A stretch of 26,143 nucleotides of DNA from a virus (lineage: Duplodnaviria > Heunggongvirae > Uroviricota > Caudoviricetes > Demerecviridae), in the IMG/VR virus record IMGVR_UViG_3300044984_002785. One strand, written 5' to 3'. Shown one piece after another: positions 1 to 9,910 of the stretch. The position numbers were made by a program, and so were the translations under genes. Within the stretch, counting starts at the first letter, position 1. Every line of letters begins with the position of its first letter. The notes beneath the pieces are model-generated. The model made no database searches. It had not been told where the DNA came from and saw nothing but the letters and a program-made list of their open reading frames with translations.

Positions 1-411
1 TGTAAAGCTCAAAGTACTTTCATTAGGTGCAGTTAGTTCTTGTATTAAACCATCAAAAATTAAAACAAAATCAGTTTTAGGCCAACTAGGGTCACCTAAA
101 TAGATTTTTATTGGTCGTTTATTCCACACATATGTTAAATAGTCGTCATGTACTCCGGCAGTGTTAACAAACTCAAGGGTACCAAAACTCAAGGAGGCCT
201 GACCATTAACACTTAAACTTTCTGAGAAACTAAGTCCTCCAGTTATGCCAGCATTATAGCTTTGACTGTTTCCAAAATAAGCCATATTAGACAGAAAAAA
301 GCTGGAAACATTAGTATTAATAATGTTTCCAACTTCCGTAATATCTGCCAATATACATTTAATGTGACCTGGCGTATTAAGCCAGGTCACCATTTCTGTT
401 ACTGTTTTCAT
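1..411 (-). CDS. Tail protein immediately downstream of the tape measure gene (distal tail/hub-type), 3'-truncated by the window edge
   Basis: Manually translated open frame from ATG at 411 (ATGA overlap with the TMP stop): MKTVTEMVTWLNTPGHIKCILADIT...GGLSFSESLSVNG...WNKRPIKIYLGDPSWP..., with no stop before position 1. It is missing from the ORF track because it lacks a stop. The function is inferred from synteny. Confidence 0.75.
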   Translation of the reverse strand, partial: MKTVTEMVTWLNTPGHIKCILADITEVGNIINTNVSSFFLSNMAYFGNSQSYNAGITGGLSFSESLSVNGQASLSFGTLEFVNTAGVHDDYLTYVWNKRPIKIYLGDPSWPKTDFVLIFDGLIQELTAPNESTLSFT

Positions 412-3400
412 TTAATAATAGCCCTATTTTGAATTCTGCTAACTTGAATAGTTTTATCAGAACCATCAGTAACTGCTTGAGTAACTTGCTCAGTATTACG
501 ATCTGTAGCCTGTGCATTCATTATAGCGCCATCAGCAACCGTACGTTCTAAACTAGTTATTTTTTGATTTAATTCACGAATTTGAACACACATATCACGA
601 GTATAGTTATCAGTATCAGTTAATCTGCTAATTAATTTAAAGTTATCAGCAACAGGAATAATTCGCTCGCCTTTGTGAATTTGAGCCATCATGTCATTAG
701 GAACATAATTTGTACCTACTGCAAACCCTGGAGTAGTTAGAGGCTTACCACCTAAGTTCAAGTAAGTTTCTAATAAACTAGCAGTAGTTTTGCTACTAGT
801 ACTAATTACTTCTAAATAAGTATTAGATGTTTCTAAAGCTGTTAGTTGTCTTTCAGCGTCTGTTAATTGATTTTCTAAGCTAGTGCCAACAGTTGCAATA
901 ATACCCATAACACTATTAAAGTCTACAGTATATTGGCTTCCGCTAGCATATAAGCTTCTAGATAAACTTAACCACTTATCTGTTGCTGAAGTTAGCTTAC
1001 TGATAGCAGTGCTACGAGCTTCCACTTCTTCAGGAGTATTAGCAGATTTACTAATAGTTGAAGTTAACGCATCTACTTCAGTTTTAGCTAGAGTATATTG
1101 TTGTGTTGCTGTTAATGTAGAATTTGCTCCAGATTGCATTGCTGTTTTGTAGTCACTTAAACTTGTAATCTGAGATTTAATAGTTTTTGTTGTATTTTGT
1201 AAACTTGTTTGTAGTGCTTTTGTTGCCGCAACTTGATCTTCTTTTAACCAAATTTCACGTTGTAGTTCGCGATTGCTTTCAAATAAACCTTCGAGTTCCA
1301 TTTCACGTAAAGCTTCTTTGGTTGCACTAACTTGAGCTAATTTTTTATCTAATGTTTTACGCTGTTCGGCTTCTTTAACAGCAGCTGCTGTTACTGCAAT
1401 AAAACCTTCTTGAACATTCATTAAAGCTTGATAATTATCTCTACCAGATTTAGTGCTAAGATCTAGTCCTTGTACCAGTAGCTTAAACTCATCGCGAGTA
1501 TCTGTACTAGCAAAGCCTAAACGAGCCATCTCTGTTATAACTGCTTTTTGTATAGGAGCTAGTTGTTCTGCTTCCGTTAAAAAGTTTTCTCTGAAGTTTT
1601 GTGCTTGTTCTAAAAATTTATCTAATCCACCGGCTGAGTCAGCTAATGCTTCTGTTATATCTTTGGAAGTTTGTCCGATTGTTTCAGACCACTTACCTAT
1701 AGTAATACCGAAGAATGTAGTAACGCCGCTTATAGTTTCTGTGTAGTCTTTGCTTACATCAAAAGCTACACCCATATTTTTCAAAGCTTGATCAATTTTT
1801 ATATTGGTGTCAACTACTCTGATAACAGTTTCCAGCATACCTTCACCGAATTTTGCGTACTTTTCAAAACTAGCAAATATAACATAACTAGCGTCGTCTA
1901 ATACTGAACCAATTACTGCGCTTAGTTCTTTTGCAAAGTCTTCGCCAGTTAAACCACGTAAAGTTGCCATTTCATCAACTGAAAGTGACTTAAGTGCTGA
2001 GGTAACTGCGTCAGAAGCTACTCCTGCTGTTTCTGCTGTACTATATAATAAATCAGCTGCATAGTTAAAAGTATTTGATAAGGCTTCGAACGATTTAGGA
2101 TCAATGCCATATAGGTCTTTGAATTGTGTACTAACACTTGTACGGGTACTTCCACCAATACCTAAGAAACCGCTATTCTTAACTGTTGTACTAATTGTTT
2201 CAAAAGTATTTATTGTACCTCTAACACCCTTAGCCAAATCGTAAAAAGTACCTTTTAACTGAAGGCCGCTGTCAATAATAGACTTAGTAGTAGATTTACT
2301 AAATAAACCGCCTATTCCTAAAAAGCCGCCGCTAGTATTAGTACCTTCGACGGCACCGCTTAAGCTACCTGCACGTAATCCTTTTACTCCAAACAATCCT
2401 TTTGCAGCACTGTTTAATGCTTCATTTAGATTGTTTAATGCATTCAACATCTTGTTATCATAAGCTAAACCATCTATGGAATTATCCTTAATAATTTCCA
2501 GTGAATTAGCAATTGATTCCGACTTAGCGTCTGTATCACCAAATACACCACGACGCACTTGAACTTTAGCACCTTCGCTGTTATAACCCATGGCAGTGCC
2601 TTGAGTTTCTCGGCGTTGTTCTGAAGTTGGTACAAAAGCTGCTTTACCGCCTCCACCACCAACCATACTTAATAAAGTAGCTACTAAAGCAGCACCTATT
2701 GCGTAACCAACCGGACCCATACTGGCAAAAGAGCTTAAAATAGCTGGTACATCTGCAGCAACTTTTGCAGGAGCAGTAGCTACTTTAGAACCAACAATTG
2801 CACCATCTGCAGCTATTGTGGCACCTACCTCAGCAGTAAGCCAACCCATTTTTAATGCAAAACTTTTAGCTTCCATAAATAATGTGGCTACATGCATTGC
2901 TTTTTCTGTTGCAGCTAAAAGTTTATACGCAACAGTCTTTTCTTTAAATAATTTTTTAGTTGAGCTAACCATTTGTATGTCGCGAGCGGTTTCTCGTTTT
3001 GAATTATCTTCATCTAATTTATCTAAGTCTTTTTGTGCCTGGAACTTATCTTTATCACCAACTGCGTTATCAACTTTTTGTTGTGCTTTTGATCTAGCTT
3101 CACCATATTTTTCAGCCTCAACTGCGGCTTGAGCAAATCCATTTATAAGACCTGCTAAACCTTCTCCGGCTTTAGCCATAGATTCACCAAATAAAGCAAA
3201 AGTACTGTTTAAGGTTTCACTTATATTTTTTGCAGAATCTAAGTATGCATTTTGATCAGCTAACTTTTGATTTTGTTGATCAATTATTATTGCTAAAGCG
3301 GCTGCTTTAGTTATCTGCTTATCTTGAGCTAAAGCAGCTGCATCAATAATATTTTGACGAGTTGCATAACTGGTATTTACTCTGGTTTCTTCTTTATTTT

Positions 3401-6400
3401 GGTATGCCAGTCCTGCCGCTTGATCTGTCTTTAGCTTTACAATACCGTTATCAATAGCCACTTGTTGACGAAGTATATCTAATGCTTCTTTGCCTTTTTC
3501 GCTTCGGAAGTTTAAAAACTCTTCTTCAGTCATATTTGAAGCTTTTGCATCATCAATAGCTTTATACACTAGATTAGCTTGTTTTGTTAATGCATCAATT
3601 TTAGCTTGTTCTGTCACAACTTCTGCACTTGTAAAGCTATTTATAAAAGCTTTCTTGGCAGCAATTTCACCCAATTGTTTATCTTGCTCTATTTGTAATT
3701 CTGTAGTTTTTTGTTCTTTATCGTTTTTAATGGACAACAAGTCAATATCTAGTTGTCTACTAATTCTAGTACGTTCTGTAATAACATCTAAAGCAACTAA
3801 ACTACTTAGTTCTTGTTCTCTTGCAGTTTTAGCTATGGCTGTATCAGATTGTTTTTTATCAGCATCATCTTTTGAAGCTTGTGCTGCTTTATCAATAGAC
3901 TCAAGTCTTTGTTTGTAGATTGCATCAATAACACGTAATTGATCTGCTTCAGCTTTGAGGGACTTTTCTCTTTCACTAGCAGCTTTTATATCAGCTAAAC
4001 TTGTTTGATCCTGTGCTAATTGAGTCTGTATATTCTCTTTAAACGCCTTTGGTTGCTTATTAAAATCAGATTTCTCCATTACAGATTGACTAGCCGCAAT
4101 TCTACCTTCAAGATCCATCTCTTTAGCTTTTTGCTTGTTTGCTTCCAATGCATTCTCTAAACTGATTCGTTCTTTTACAGTTTGTTCGGTAGTTTTACCA
4201 ACTAATTGATCTAGTATATCTCTGCGTTTTAAAGCTAGCTCATTAACTTGTACTTCATAATTTTTCTGAATTATGGATAGTCTTACTGATTCTTGCTTTG
4301 TTTTTAATTCTTTATCTATGTCTATGGACTTATCCGCAGCACCCAATGCAACAAGTTGTTTTTCGCTTGCTCTAATAGCATCTAAAAACGGTTGCAGTGC
4401 TTGTCTTTGTCCTGCTTCCATTGCAGTATATTCAGCTTGTGCTTGTTGTCCTGGCTGCTTTGCGGTTAAAACTCTCTTTTCTGCAAGTATGGGTCTAATT
4501 TCGCTGCTATAACCACTCTCTAAGTAGGCTGTAGATTCGGCTCTGAGCTTTTCAGCCGCAGTTCCTGGTATACCAGTCTGTGCTGTAAGAGTTTTTTGTG
4601 CTTCAGATTTTTTATCTTCTACTAACTTTTCTTTGTTACTATTAATTAATAAGAAATTACTTTTGATTAAATCAGCAGTAATCAGTATCAAGTTTCTCTT
4701 GATAGCCAAATCTTCTTTAGCAACTGAAGCCTGTTCATTAATAGCAGCTTGTCCTGTAAATAAACTGCTATAAGCTTTACGTATTGTTAATCCTGCTTGA
4801 GCATTTGCTGCATTCATTTCTGCAGCAAAGATTTTGCCAGCAGTCTTAAAAGCTTCAACATTTACTGAGTTATAGATTTTGGAGGCTATTTCAGCACCTG
4901 TGCTACGTAACTTAAGTAGCTTATCGTCAGCTTCTTTAATTTGTGCATCAATTCTTTGTTTGGCAGTATCCATTGCAGAACCAGCTATAGTTGCTTCCGG
5001 CAATTGTTTTTTCTTTTTATCAAGCTCTTCTGCTTCTGCTTCTAGTTTCTTTATTTCTTTACTAATATCAACTATTTCTGCTTTACTAGCTTGTAAAGCT
5101 GCAAAAGATTCTGGGCCCAATAAAGCCATCTTTTTTGGTTCTGATAATAATTTTGTTAAACTAGCAAATGCTTCTTCTGGGCTTTTTAAACTATCTGCTA
5201 GTGTTGCACTAATTGATAACAGTTTATTGGCAAAACTTTCTAATGGACTAATATTTGACAAAGATCGTGCTAATTCTTGGTAAGCAATTGTTGTATCTTT
5301 AAAAGCATTATCAACATCGGCAGCTGCTTGTGCACCAGCTTTTTGCTTATTAGCTACTTGTTCTGTTACTAAAGCTACTGCCTTTCCTGCGGCAATTGCT
5401 TCTTTTTCACCCATGGTTTTAAACTTGAACTCTATGTTTTGAGAAGTCATTCCACCACTAATATTTAGAATTTTCTTAACTTTTTCTTCGTACTCTTTGC
5501 GAAGAGGTCCATAAGGAACTAAACTAATACTTTCTTCAATACCCTCAGACAGCTTTTTAGCTGCAGCCTGTTTATCACTTTTGGCAAAAGGTGTAATTGC
5601 AAATACTCCGTTCCAAAACCCGTCCCACATACCTCGTTTTGACGCTACCAAGTCGAAATCTTTTGCTACGTTAGTAATAGCAGTTGAAAGTTCTTTTAGT
5701 GCAGTTGCACGAGAAGTAACTACAGCTAAAGGAAGTGCGGCATCCCAATCTTGTTTTATAAAGTATGCAGCATTATCTCCAGCAGTTTGAATTGCTTTAC
5801 TTAGGCTATCCAAAGATCCATTAAATTTAGCAGCTTGCTCACTGTTTTTACTAAAAACAGCGTTTAGAGCAGTACCTACAGCAACTGCTATTTGCAGTGC
5901 CATCATATAAGGGCCCAGAGAACCTAATAAAGCGCTTAGTCTACCTGTTACAGCTGCAGCACCTGCACCGATTGCTGTAAAAGGTGCTGACCACATTGTT
6001 TTACCTTGTGCAGCAAATTCGGCTTTTAATTCTGTATAGGCAGCTCTAACTCCAACTAAACTACCAGTTACTCCCGCATTACTAATTATACGTGTACGAT
6101 TTGCAGCAGCTTCAGCCTGTGCAGCATTAGCTTGTGCAACACCTACAGCCCCAAAACGTTTTGGGTCTTTTTCTAGTTCTTCTCTATGAATCTTTTTCTT
6201 TGCTTCCAAAGCTTCTTCAGCTGCTTGACTGGCCTTAGATACTTGTACTGCTTGTGTAATCGCGTCTTTTTCTTCTAGTAATATTGCTACCTGAGCTTTT
6301 CCGGCCTTAGTACGTTTATCAATAGATTTTACTTGTTGATCAATTGCCTCTGCTTGTGCTTGTGCAGCAGCATACATTTCTTTTGTACGTTCCTGTGCCG

Positions 6401-7616
6401 GTGCATCTAATAAACCCATTGCGGCACTACCAGCTTTTTGCTGGCTTTTTGTTTGAATCTCAGCAACTTTTTTGGCAGCAGCGTCTGTTTTTTCGATTTG
6501 CAAGTCCGCTTCTTGCTCAATCATTTGCTCGATAGCTTTCATTTGCTTTGCACGAGCAACTATTGCATCACCAGCTTTTTGCTTTGCAAAAGCCGCAGCA
6601 GATACTTCTGCCTCTTGCAATCCTTGACGGAATTGCCCAATAGCTGGTATAGCTTGTTTTACTAACATAGTAGCTAAACTTGCGACTACTGCAAATAGTG
6701 CGGTAGGGCTGCTAGATAGTACGTTTAAAAAAGGTACTAATGCTTTATTTACTACTTCTAAAATATTCTGACCAAGATCTTTGACAGATGCTAGTAGTTT
6801 ATCGTAAGGATTAGTTTCTAGTTTAATATCTCCGAATTTCTTTTGTCCTTGTTCCAGTACGGCGTTAGCAAATGCTTGACGACGCTCAAAGTCAGTTAAT
6901 GCAGTTGCACTCTTACCTACACTAGTAGCATATTTAGCAACGACGTCATCAATTTTAACAAAGATACCTAATTCATCTAATAGTTCGGGCTCTAGCTTTG
7001 TGATACCGCGAGTTAGACGACTAACCGCATCCTGCATATCAATACCAAGAGCCTGCGATGCACCCTTGGCTACTTTACCAATCTTTTCAATAGCACTGGA
7101 GTCGATACCAGATGAAATAATTTTAGTAGTAGCTTGTGCTGCCTCACGTAAGCTAAGTGCTCCGTCTGTGGCCGCAACTAAATTTTTGGATAGTGTTCCG
7201 ATAGCGACGCCACTTATTGCGCCAAGCTGATCCATACCACGAACCATATTCGTGGTATCCATTGAGGTTTTTAATGCGCTAAAAGCAGCACTAACAGCAA
7301 AAAGATTGGCAGCATAAGTTGCATATAAACGAACTAATCCGCCTAATCCACGACTCTGGTCTGCAAAATCTCTGGCCGAAGCTCCGCTAGCCCCTGTTAA
7401 AGAACGGGCTTTACCGTACTCTTGACCGGTCATTTCTGGTTGCTTTTTAGCAGCAGCCATCTGAAGTGATTTACTGGCTTTTAAACTGTTATTTAACTTA
7501 TCGCTACTAGAAGCAGCTTTAGCTAATTGTTCGTGTACGCCACTTGCTTCTTTTTCAACCTTAGGTAGCGTTCCGTCACTGCTTACCTGTACGCCTATTT
7601 TTATGTTTTCAAGCAT
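408..7616 (-). CDS. Tape measure protein (2,402 aa)
   Basis: Very long Ala/Lys/Glu-rich helical ORF directly after the chaperone pair. It has a T5 pb2-like N-terminal segment (LTRGITKLEPELLDELGI), hydrophobic Gly/Ala-rich segments and a C-terminal FAVGTNYVP...IHKGERIIP motif typical of TMPs. Confidence 0.93.
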   Translation of the reverse strand: MLENIKIGVQVSSDGTLPKVEKEASGVHEQLAKAASSSDKLNNSLKASKSLQMAAAKKQPEMTGQEYGKARSLTGASGASARDFADQSRGLGGLVRLYATYAANLFAVSAAFSALKTSMDTTNMVRGMDQLGAISGVAIGTLSKNLVAATDGALSLREAAQATTKIISSGIDSSAIEKIGKVAKGASQALGIDMQDAVSRLTRGITKLEPELLDELGIFVKIDDVVAKYATSVGKSATALTDFERRQAFANAVLEQGQKKFGDIKLETNPYDKLLASVKDLGQNILEVVNKALVPFLNVLSSSPTALFAVVASLATMLVKQAIPAIGQFRQGLQEAEVSAAAFAKQKAGDAIVARAKQMKAIEQMIEQEADLQIEKTDAAAKKVAEIQTKSQQKAGSAAMGLLDAPAQERTKEMYAAAQAQAEAIDQQVKSIDKRTKAGKAQVAILLEEKDAITQAVQVSKASQAAEEALEAKKKIHREELEKDPKRFGAVGVAQANAAQAEAAANRTRIISNAGVTGSLVGVRAAYTELKAEFAAQGKTMWSAPFTAIGAGAAAVTGRLSALLGSLGPYMMALQIAVAVGTALNAVFSKNSEQAAKFNGSLDSLSKAIQTAGDNAAYFIKQDWDAALPLAVVTSRATALKELSTAITNVAKDFDLVASKRGMWDGFWNGVFAITPFAKSDKQAAAKKLSEGIEESISLVPYGPLRKEYEEKVKKILNISGGMTSQNIEFKFKTMGEKEAIAAGKAVALVTEQVANKQKAGAQAAADVDNAFKDTTIAYQELARSLSNISPLESFANKLLSISATLADSLKSPEEAFASLTKLLSEPKKMALLGPESFAALQASKAEIVDISKEIKKLEAEAEELDKKKKQLPEATIAGSAMDTAKQRIDAQIKEADDKLLKLRSTGAEIASKIYNSVNVEAFKTAGKIFAAEMNAANAQAGLTIRKAYSSLFTGQAAINEQASVAKEDLAIKRNLILITADLIKSNFLLINSNKEKLVEDKKSEAQKTLTAQTGIPGTAAEKLRAESTAYLESGYSSEIRPILAEKRVLTAKQPGQQAQAEYTAMEAGQRQALQPFLDAIRASEKQLVALGAADKSIDIDKELKTKQESVRLSIIQKNYEVQVNELALKRRDILDQLVGKTTEQTVKERISLENALEANKQKAKEMDLEGRIAASQSVMEKSDFNKQPKAFKENIQTQLAQDQTSLADIKAASEREKSLKAEADQLRVIDAIYKQRLESIDKAAQASKDDADKKQSDTAIAKTAREQELSSLVALDVITERTRISRQLDIDLLSIKNDKEQKTTELQIEQDKQLGEIAAKKAFINSFTSAEVVTEQAKIDALTKQANLVYKAIDDAKASNMTEEEFLNFRSEKGKEALDILRQQVAIDNGIVKLKTDQAAGLAYQNKEETRVNTSYATRQNIIDAAALAQDKQITKAAALAIIIDQQNQKLADQNAYLDSAKNISETLNSTFALFGESMAKAGEGLAGLINGFAQAAVEAEKYGEARSKAQQKVDNAVGDKDKFQAQKDLDKLDEDNSKRETARDIQMVSSTKKLFKEKTVAYKLLAATEKAMHVATLFMEAKSFALKMGWLTAEVGATIAADGAIVGSKVATAPAKVAADVPAILSSFASMGPVGYAIGAALVATLLSMVGGGGGKAAFVPTSEQRRETQGTAMGYNSEGAKVQVRRGVFGDTDAKSESIANSLEIIKDNSIDGLAYDNKMLNALNNLNEALNSAAKGLFGVKGLRAGSLSGAVEGTNTSGGFLGIGGLFSKSTTKSIIDSGLQLKGTFYDLAKGVRGTINTFETISTTVKNSGFLGIGGSTRTSVSTQFKDLYGIDPKSFEALSNTFNYAADLLYSTAETAGVASDAVTSALKSLSVDEMATLRGLTGEDFAKELSAVIGSVLDDASYVIFASFEKYAKFGEGMLETVIRVVDTNIKIDQALKNMGVAFDVSKDYTETISGVTTFFGITIGKWSETIGQTSKDITEALADSAGGLDKFLEQAQNFRENFLTEAEQLAPIQKAVITEMARLGFASTDTRDEFKLLVQGLDLSTKSGRDNYQALMNVQEGFIAVTAAAVKEAEQRKTLDKKLAQVSATKEALREMELEGLFESNRELQREIWLKEDQVAATKALQTSLQNTTKTIKSQITSLSDYKTAMQSGANSTLTATQQYTLAKTEVDALTSTISKSANTPEEVEARSTAISKLTSATDKWLSLSRSLYASGSQYTVDFNSVMGIIATVGTSLENQLTDAERQLTALETSNTYLEVISTSSKTTASLLETYLNLGGKPLTTPGFAVGTNYVPNDMMAQIHKGERIIPVADNFKLISRLTDTDNYTRDMCVQIRELNQKITSLERTVADGAIMNAQATDRNTEQVTQAVTDGSDKTIQVSRIQNRAIIK

Positions 7617-7677
7617 GCTTTCTCCTGGCTTACTTTTTTATCTGTTAAATCTAAAACATAGACTTAAATGTTCACTC

Positions 7678-7706
7678 ATTATAGCACTAATCCAAAAAAT
7701 TGTCAA
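7678..7706 (-). promoter_or_regulatory. Sigma70-type promoter for the tape measure/tail tip genes
   Basis: Minus strand reads TTGACA (7706-7701), 17 bp, TATAAT (7683-7678), ~60 nt upstream of the TMP start. Confidence 0.8.
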
Positions 7707-7726
7707 ACCAAAAAATTTTACGCAAT

Positions 7727-7760
7727 AAAAAAGCCCTCGACCGTTAGGAGGAGGGCTTTT
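7727..7760 (-). terminator. Intrinsic terminator at the end of the tail chaperone genes
   Basis: AAAAGCCCTC/GAGGGCTTTT inverted repeat with an A-run on the left (U-tract on the minus strand), overlapping the stop at 7744. Confidence 0.7.
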
Positions 7761-8142
7761 CAGATTGCTTTTTTGCTTTTTCGTTTATTAAACGTTTTCT
7801 AACGTTATCTATTCCACGAATATACATCAAGTAAACTAAGTAGTCTTCTTTATCAATTTTATAAAGATCAAACAGTGTAAAAACAATTGTAGTGTTTTTA
7901 CCTTGGTAAGTTCCACTCATACCATCCCAGATATCACTTAGTAAATAATATATATTAAATACTTCCTGAATTTCAAAAGGAAAATCAGAAAGTTCTATTG
8001 GTATTTCTGATTCTATGGGTTCGCTTCCAAAGGCATCACATAATTCCAAGTACTGATCTTTGGTCATGCCAGCATCAGTGTTTTGGAAATAATTGTCAAT
8101 TTTTGTTAAAATTAACTCTGTTTGCTCGTCGAAAAGTTTCCC
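7744..8142 (-). CDS. Tail assembly chaperone, downstream (gpT-like) frame, reached by -1 frameshift
   Basis: The ORF-track ORF 7744..8067 stays open upstream to the slippery heptamer at 8142-8136 (GGG AAA CTT TTC GAC GAG CAA ... GGC ATG ACC). The fusion product would be ~261 aa. Confidence 0.8.
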   Translation of the reverse strand, partial: GKLFDEQTELILTKIDNYFQNTDAGMTKDQYLELCDAFGSEPIESEIPIELSDFPFEIQEVFNIYYLLSDIWDGMSGTYQGKNTTIVFTLFDLYKIDKEDYLVYLMYIRGIDNVRKRLINEKAKKQSEKPSS

Positions 8143-8528
8143 AGGTCTGTGACCTGTTCGCTTACAAAACTATCAAAATTAGTACTGGCTTTCATTAAAG
8201 CTAGTGCATCTTCTTTTGTGAAGTCCAATTCTGATTCTGGATCAGCATCGGAAATATCAACAGGTGCAAGTTGTTCGAGATATTTTAACTTTAAGCCTGT
8301 CCAACCCTTGATAGAGCTTTCAGCATAAAGTTGTAAAAATAAATCATCATTTAATTCTTCAACTGGTTGACGGTTTTTAAAACTGGTTTTTGTAGCTTTT
8401 TTACGAATCTGTTGTAGTGTTTCGCGTGATAAAAAGCTTAAAGTAACTTCAAAGCCTGGCATACCTGGATATTCCATTGTATTTGTTTTGCTAGGTACCA
8501 GCATTGATTTAAGAGAGAGCTGTGACAT
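8112..8528 (-). CDS. Tail assembly chaperone (gpG-like, 138 aa)
   Basis: Lies between tail tube and TMP, is acidic, resembles T5-type chaperones, and ends in ...TDLGNF over a slippery site. Confidence 0.85.
   Translation of the reverse strand: MSQLSLKSMLVPSKTNTMEYPGMPGFEVTLSFLSRETLQQIRKKATKTSFKNRQPVEELNDDLFLQLYAESSIKGWTGLKLKYLEQLAPVDISDADPESELDFTKEDALALMKASTNFDSFVSEQVTDLGNFSTSKQS
8136..8142 (-). promoter_or_regulatory. Programmed -1 ribosomal frameshift site G GGA AAC
   Basis: X XXY YYZ heptamer in the correct frame (CTG GGA AAC). The -1 frame is open and in phase with ORF 7744..8067, analogous to lambda gpG/gpGT. Confidence 0.85.
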
Positions 8529-8560
8529 TAGTGTCCTTGTTATAATAATTTACTTAAGTT

Positions 8561-8592
8561 AAAAAGAGGTGCCGGTGATCTTGCCGGCACCT
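8561..8592 (-). terminator. Intrinsic terminator after the tail tube gene
   Basis: 9-bp GC-rich stem AGGTGCCGG/CCGGCACCT followed on the minus strand by CTTTTT. Confidence 0.8.
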
Positions 8593-8608
8593 GTAAAACT
8601 GCTATTGA

Positions 8609-9835
8609 TTAATAGCTAGTATCTGCTACAAAGTAACGAATCTCGATTTCGTTATTTGAACCGATATCAAATGCACCACCGGCAGAACCCTGCGCAGTGA
8701 ATCCAATTGTTGTAGAGATGATCTGTTCTGTGGCAATCGTAGGAATTTGCAACACAACTGCTGGCATTACTAGGTCAACGCGGGTTAGTGCGCTTGCTGT
8801 ACCACCGATGCTCATCTTTAGGTTATAGGCTGGGTTAACATCGCTAACACTTGCAGTAATAAGTGCATTGTATAGTGCGGTTGCACTTAATGTACCTGTA
8901 CGTAAGTATGCGTTTACAGAACCTGTTACACTACGAGTACCAGTAAAGTATGTAATTGGTTGGTTAACAACCCCTAAATTACTTGGTGTTAGGTATGTAA
9001 CATTGTTGGCAATCGTTACGCTACCACCAGTTAAGGCAATATCGTATGGGCCAGTTGTAGCTCCGTTAATGTCTTTGTATAGAGTAACAGTGCTTAGCTT
9101 GTTAGCTAGGTAAGCTGCTTTTGTATCTTTTAATACTGCTTCACCGATAAAGATGCTGTCGCTAGCTGATGTAGCAACTGTTTTCTTTAGACCGCTGTTG
9201 TCTGCTAAACTAGTTTTACCGAATTGACGAATGGCGCTGGCTTTTCCGGCCCATTGAATCATGGCGATAGTATCTAGACCGAAGTCCATAGTTGCAGAAT
9301 CCATAACACAGTTGTCAATAACAAATGTGGCGTCATCTAAACAGATAATTAAACCAAATGGTAATAGTTGATTTTTATTTGATTGTGCTAATGTGGCTAC
9401 AGCGTATGTAGTTGTACTGGCGTTTGAGGCGCTATCTGTCCAGGCTGTTGTGCCTGTAGCGTTATAACTACCGGCTAAAGCAACTTGACCAAACATAGCG
9501 TTCCACAAGTGTCTTTCTTCTGCGGTAACTTGGTGAGTACCTTCTGCACTTTGAGCGTCTCGTGGACGAATATATGTGCTAAAAGAGAAGTCAACTGGCT
9601 CTAAAGCTGTGTTGAAGTTACGTTGTCCGCGATTAGGTGTTCCACCAGCTTCGTTTAACGTAATTGTTTCTGTTGTTGTGTTCTGAGTAAAACTTAGACC
9701 ATCCAATACTTGAATTTCAAAGGTGTCTGAAGTAGTCATATCAAGGCCGGCTCCGGCTCCTGTAGAAACTACCCCAAAAGAATCAACTTTTGTAGTAAAG
9801 AATACTCTGGCGTTACGAATTAAATTAAATGCCAT
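8609..9835 (-). CDS. Major tail tube protein (408 aa)
   Basis: T5 pb6-like motifs (FEIQVLDGLSFTQ, RGQRNFNTALEPVDFSFSTYIRP, YFTGTRSVTGSVNAYLRTG) and synteny. Confidence 0.9.
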   Translation of the reverse strand: MAFNLIRNARVFFTTKVDSFGVVSTGAGAGLDMTTSDTFEIQVLDGLSFTQNTTTETITLNEAGGTPNRGQRNFNTALEPVDFSFSTYIRPRDAQSAEGTHQVTAEERHLWNAMFGQVALAGSYNATGTTAWTDSASNASTTTYAVATLAQSNKNQLLPFGLIICLDDATFVIDNCVMDSATMDFGLDTIAMIQWAGKASAIRQFGKTSLADNSGLKKTVATSASDSIFIGEAVLKDTKAAYLANKLSTVTLYKDINGATTGPYDIALTGGSVTIANNVTYLTPSNLGVVNQPITYFTGTRSVTGSVNAYLRTGTLSATALYNALITASVSDVNPAYNLKMSIGGTASALTRVDLVMPAVVLQIPTIATEQIISTTIGFTAQGSAGGAFDIGSNNEIEIRYFVADTSY

Positions 9836-9910
9836 TTCATTTCCTTTTTGTTAATGCTTTAGTACATAAACTAGACATTTATCTGTTGTTAGTACCTTCT
9901 GCATGGTTGC

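Noticed and set aside
883-7230. Many plus-strand ORFs of 60-140 aa opposite the tape measure gene
   Set aside because: These are shadow ORFs caused by the codon bias of the long minus-strand gene. They have no RBS, no motifs and no promoter context.
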